Part shown: positions 59,448-64,000 of the stretch, in pieces
Numbering within the stretch: the first letter of the stretch is position 1
How the letters are laid out: every line of letters starts with the position of its first letter
Assembly (NCBI GenBank): GCA_009914755.4
Contig: CP086569.2
Location: 25,376,001-25,440,000 of the forward strand
Reading direction: 5' to 3'
DNA length: 64,000 nucleotides
Source: the human T2T-CHM13v2.0 reference genome, Homo sapiens
Notes under the pieces: model-generated
The model's database searches: none
Told to the model about the DNA's origin: nothing
What the model saw: the letters and a program-made list of their open reading frames with translations, nothing else
Translations under genes and position numbers: made by a program

Positions 59448-62400
59448 AACCACAAGGTCCTTTAAGGCCCAAAGGAGATCAACAGTTAGGTGGACATTAC
59501 CTAGTCTTTCAAAAATGTCTCTGTCTCTTCCTCAAATAAATTTCTTGGTAGGTTAATTTATAAACTTCTGGGTAGGTACAATATACAGTATTTTAGTTCA
59601 GATTTAGGTAAGAAGGTGATGAGTCAAGTATTACCAGTTAAGAAGTACAGTTGAAGATCTCTGTTCCTCCTTTTGGAACAGGGCAGTCATTTTCAGTCCA
59701 TTTATGAATATAAGATCCAAAGAAAATATTTTAATTTTTATTTTCAACTGATACTTTTCTTCCATCAACTAACAACTATTAAGTTCTTATTCTGTGCAAG
59801 GTACTATTAGGGATAGCGATACACAAAGTACTGTAAGACATGATTCGTGTCTTCAAAGAGATTATAGGAAATCTCAAAATTTGTATCACTACAAAGATCT
59901 CCATAATGTTAAAAAATTAATATCAAGCCCTACTCTTCCATATATTTTACGTAAATAATTTTTGATCTCATACTAAACAAACAATTTGTTTTTAAAGGAG
60001 ACCATCAACAGCACACAGCCAAGTCGGAAGATAGTCTAGAATTCATAACAGCTTCATTTACTATTCTATGCTTTTATAGTGACGTTTTATTACTGGGTAC
60101 TTAGAAGGGCCAAAAATATTACTTGGGGGCAGGAAATAAGAAGTTCTAAAGGAAATAGGAGGTTCTTTGTCACTTTTTCTTCTCTTTTGATTTTTCCATC
60201 TCAATCCTGTTTTAATTTATGCGATGTGAAAATCCTCCCTTTTTGGGGGTGATGGAGAAGATCAATAATGATAACTCACATTTAATGTTGACTCCTGCAC
60301 AGATGCTCCTGAGTGAGGGAGACATATTAGGGACTTTACCACAAAATGAATCATTTTAGAGTAAAGAGTCAGCCTTAATTCCACATGTAAGAAAATGCAG
60401 AACAGAGTCACGCAATTCTTTCAGTGTAATAAAGGGCCTTTGACATGTGTTCTTTGTGAACAAGCAAAAAAGCTAAAAATCAGACCAACAAAATATATCC
60501 ACTAATGGCTTATACATAGTCTAGTGGGTTGCTGGGAGTAGGGAGAAGAGATGGTGCTATTTTGGAGTACAAGGCAGCAGCAGAGAGGCAAAGCAAGACA
60601 GGATATACAAGTTGCACAGCATGGAGCTCACAATAACTTAACTAGCTGACAAAATGTTCCCAATCTTGCTCCCATATATTTAAATAATCATGCCCTAGTG
60701 TTACGAATGTTAAGTCTCAGAAATTCATTTAAGGGTAAGATATTATAAAGGTCCTTTAAGAAAATCATTCTGCAAACCTGTCCTAGAATTGGTTCAAGAG
60801 TTTAGTATTTTGCAATTAAATTTAACTTTAGCAATGGCTTACAAAAAGCAGAAATGAAAACCTATCTCTTTTTAATGTGAACAATTCCCCATTCACACTT
60901 TTTTTGTAGGCCACACAGGCTAGAAACATCAGTAAAGGTATAAGGGGCAGGTTTGTCACGGGGAGGGGAAGGGGCAACACTTACCACAAGAGCTTTTGAA
61001 AATATGTGGGGACACTGATTGTCACAATGATTGGAGGGTGCTATTGGCATTTCAAATGCCAGGCTCAGGGATGCTGAATGCTTGCTATTCTGGAAACAGA
61101 CCCACATAGTGAAGAACTACCCTGCCAAATGCTCATAGCACCTTGACGAGAAAAAAAAAATGCTTGAACTGATCAGAAGCACTAACAGGGTATATTATAT
61201 CTCTTTTGATTAGCTTAAAAGTAGCAAAAGGACTCTATATAGTGTCAGTTAAACACTGAATAAGTAGCTTTAAAACATATGATTTATCTGAAATTTTTGT
61301 TAAGACTATAAGTATTTAGTACAGTTAAGAGTTAGGGAGAATTAGGGAGATAGTTTCCTCAAATTCATCAGATATTACAATTTAAATATGTGCAGTAGTC
61401 CAGAAATTATATGTCAAGAAAGGTGTTTCAAAAACTTAAGGAGAAAGGTACGGAGGAGAAAGGTACAGAATTAATTTTAGAATAACTTTTAAAATAAATA
61501 AATCCATTTAGTTCTCAAAGATATCTGTGATAGTTAAGTTGTGCTTGTAATCTGTATGCCAGGCCAAACGTATTACTGCCTGGTAGCAACACACTTAAAT
61601 TTAAGCTCACAAGTTTGATAACGATCAGTTTCTTGAAAATGTAACCTATAACTTAAAGAAGGTTCAGAAATTCTATGTAAGTTTTTAAATTGTCATCAAC
61701 TTGATTTTTAAAAATATTTTGTTAGTTTTCTTTAAAGCCTATAAATGAGGCTGAATGGTCCACCAGGTGTTAAGAAAAATAATTATTTCCCACTTTTAGT
61801 TAACTGCAGAGTTTTAAGGAAAAGGCCCTATGAAAAGTGATCTATGCATGATTCATCTAGAAATTTAAATATTTCAACTAGTCTTCATAGTTGTGAATTT
61901 GCAGTTGATCCAGAAATAAAGCCTGCTCTGTTCATCTGGGTTTACTAAAAATACTCCCAAACTTAACATCTAACTTCTTTTTTTTTTTTTCAATAATAAC
62001 ATAGATCCTGGAAGAGTATATGAAAGACTCTTTCTGGTCAACAATGAACTGGCATGCACCCTTTTTGCTTTGCAGATACTTCTGACATATGCAATGTAAA
62101 TGTTTATTCATTTATTAGTTGTCTATGTGCCATCTATATACAGTTTATCTTCACGTTCTCAGGTAAACATACTTTAAAATAGTTGAAGATGCAAGATGCC
62201 ATTGTACTACTAGGTTTACCCTCTCATTTCCTTTATCCTCAACTTATTTTCTTTGTGTCATCTGAATCCTCCAGATATCTAACTTTTCCTTTTTATGCCT
62301 TTCACATTTCCACTGGAGATCACTTTGTCCCCTTCATTAAGGTTCTGTCAGGAGAGATTTAAGATTTGGTTCTAGCTAAAAAATATGGCAGTAGCTCTGA

Positions 62401-64000
62401 AGATGACATAAAAGCTTTTCCCTATGCCTAAGATTTCAAATATATGTATACATTTGAAAGAAAAAACAGGGAGAGCATTATTTTTTTGTCCAGATTATTT
62501 TTGCTCATTGTAGGTAAAAAACAATCTGTGCATATATGTAAAAAACAAAAACAAAAACAAAAAAAACAAAACGAAAAAGAAAACCTTTCAGTCCCTACAT
62601 AATAACTCAGAAATAAAGTTTCTTCAGCCAGCTATGGGGATGGGGGAAACAATTCCCAGGGTACAGATGTTAGTGGTCCTGTCAACTCTGTCATTCTCAC
62701 ATTGCAATGCCAATGCAATCCCACATAAACACAATTATGCTGAGGCAAACACTGTTGCAGAGTATGAGAACTACATATGCACTGTTCTAAGAAACACAAC
62801 TTGTGAGGTTCTTGAGGCATGGCAAGGTTTGTGGCAAACAGGACCAATGTGAGAATCAAATTTATTGGATTCCTAGAGTCTACTGCTTAGCATGCAATAC
62901 AGTAAACAACTAAGCTCCATGATGACTGAATTGACTGGCATACAACAACCACAAATTGTTCTCTTTGAGCACAAAGGGCATGTAAGAGCTAACAGATGAG
63001 TGTCCCAGGCATGGTTCTGCGTAGTTTGTATGATACTGTATATGATGTTACTAACTAGGCTGGTCAGTTTGGGTGGTGATAACAGTGTGTTACTGGAGTT
63101 AAAGTTACAGAGTCAATCTCTATATGCTTAGTTAGCACCATATTAAAACAAAACAAAATTTTTTCCATGCCACAGACTATTAGTGACCTAGCTATCTTAC
63201 GGATACATGCTGTTGGTCATAATACAGACTGAGAGTGTCCAAAACCCATCATTACAACTGGAATTAAAATAACTGGAATCAAAGATCAAAGCTGGTCCAC
63301 ACAGAAGGATGAGCACGAAGTCAAAGGTCCAGTCCTTAAAACCTATACCACCTAGGTATAATCAGATGTCTTTTTCTAGTGCTGTTTGTAGGAAGTATTC
63401 AGACTTTATTTTGGTTTTTCTTAGCCTCAGTTCTTAGCCTCTTTTTGTTGTTACTAAACAAGTTGGAGGCGAAACAATCTAGTGTAGATTCTGGTTTCCT
63501 TCTTTTTATTTTCTGAAACAGTTTATGTAAGACAAGTATTATTATACTTGTTCCTTGACAGTTTGATAGAATTCATCCCCCAAATTACTCTAGGCCTGGT
63601 GTTTTTGGCAGGAGGTTGGGGAGGTGGTGGTTAAGTATGATTAAATTTCTTTAAAGGTTATGGGACTTCTTTGTTTTGCCATTTCTTCCTAAGTCATTGT
63701 GATATTTTATATTTTCCCAGAAGTGTCCACTTAAACTAAGTTTTCAAGCTTATTGTCATAAAGTTGCTCAAAATAATCTTATATTTTAAATATGTTTATC
63801 TTAATTTTGTCCCTATTTCTCTTCCTAATACTATTTGTTTACACCTATAGTTTTTCTCTAGATCAGCTTTTCAAAGGTTTACTGCATTTTACCCTCCCTG
63901 ATGGGGCTCAGTGTGCGCAGCTGGAAAAAGTAGATGCCCTGGTTATGCATGCAGCTCATTTGTTGTACATGTTGCTTTAAGGGACCTTGAAGACTCTTCC

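Overview
This 64-kb window is not prokaryotic. It is primate (human-type) nuclear DNA, AT-rich and CpG-poor, dominated by interspersed repeats. I recognise about 20 Alu/FLAM copies, most with poly(A) tails and some with target-site duplications (TSDs). There are two 5'-truncated L1 3' portions: an older one at 7041-9549 and a younger one at 43795-46001 with a perfect 17-bp TSD, plus a short L1 3'-end fragment. MIR fragments and an MLT1-like MaLR LTR are present. At the left edge sits an ERV9-type LTR12 (U3 CCAAT tandem repeats, TATA, poly(A) signal, U5 repeats), followed by a decayed beta-retrovirus-like env remnant. Two diverged copies of an unassigned LTR family lie about 30 kb apart, and there are several microsatellites. 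I find no convincing cellular protein-coding exon, CpG island, rRNA/tRNA gene or CRISPR array. Nearly every ORF in the supplied six-frame track is a translation of Alu, L1 or LTR sequence, or is a chance ORF; some use non-ATG starts. The most unusual non-repeat structure is a roughly 570-bp diverged palindrome at 14.44-15.01 kb whose two arms each look like a mirror-image pseudo-exon (polypyrimidine tract-AG ... GGG|GTAAGG). Other points of interest are the LTR12 promoter architecture, the class I LTR beside a class II-like env, a young L1 with a G-rich 3' UTR tract, and an Alu carrying a 108-bp internal tandem duplication. All family assignments come from reading the sequence against remembered consensus sequences; none has been database-verified.
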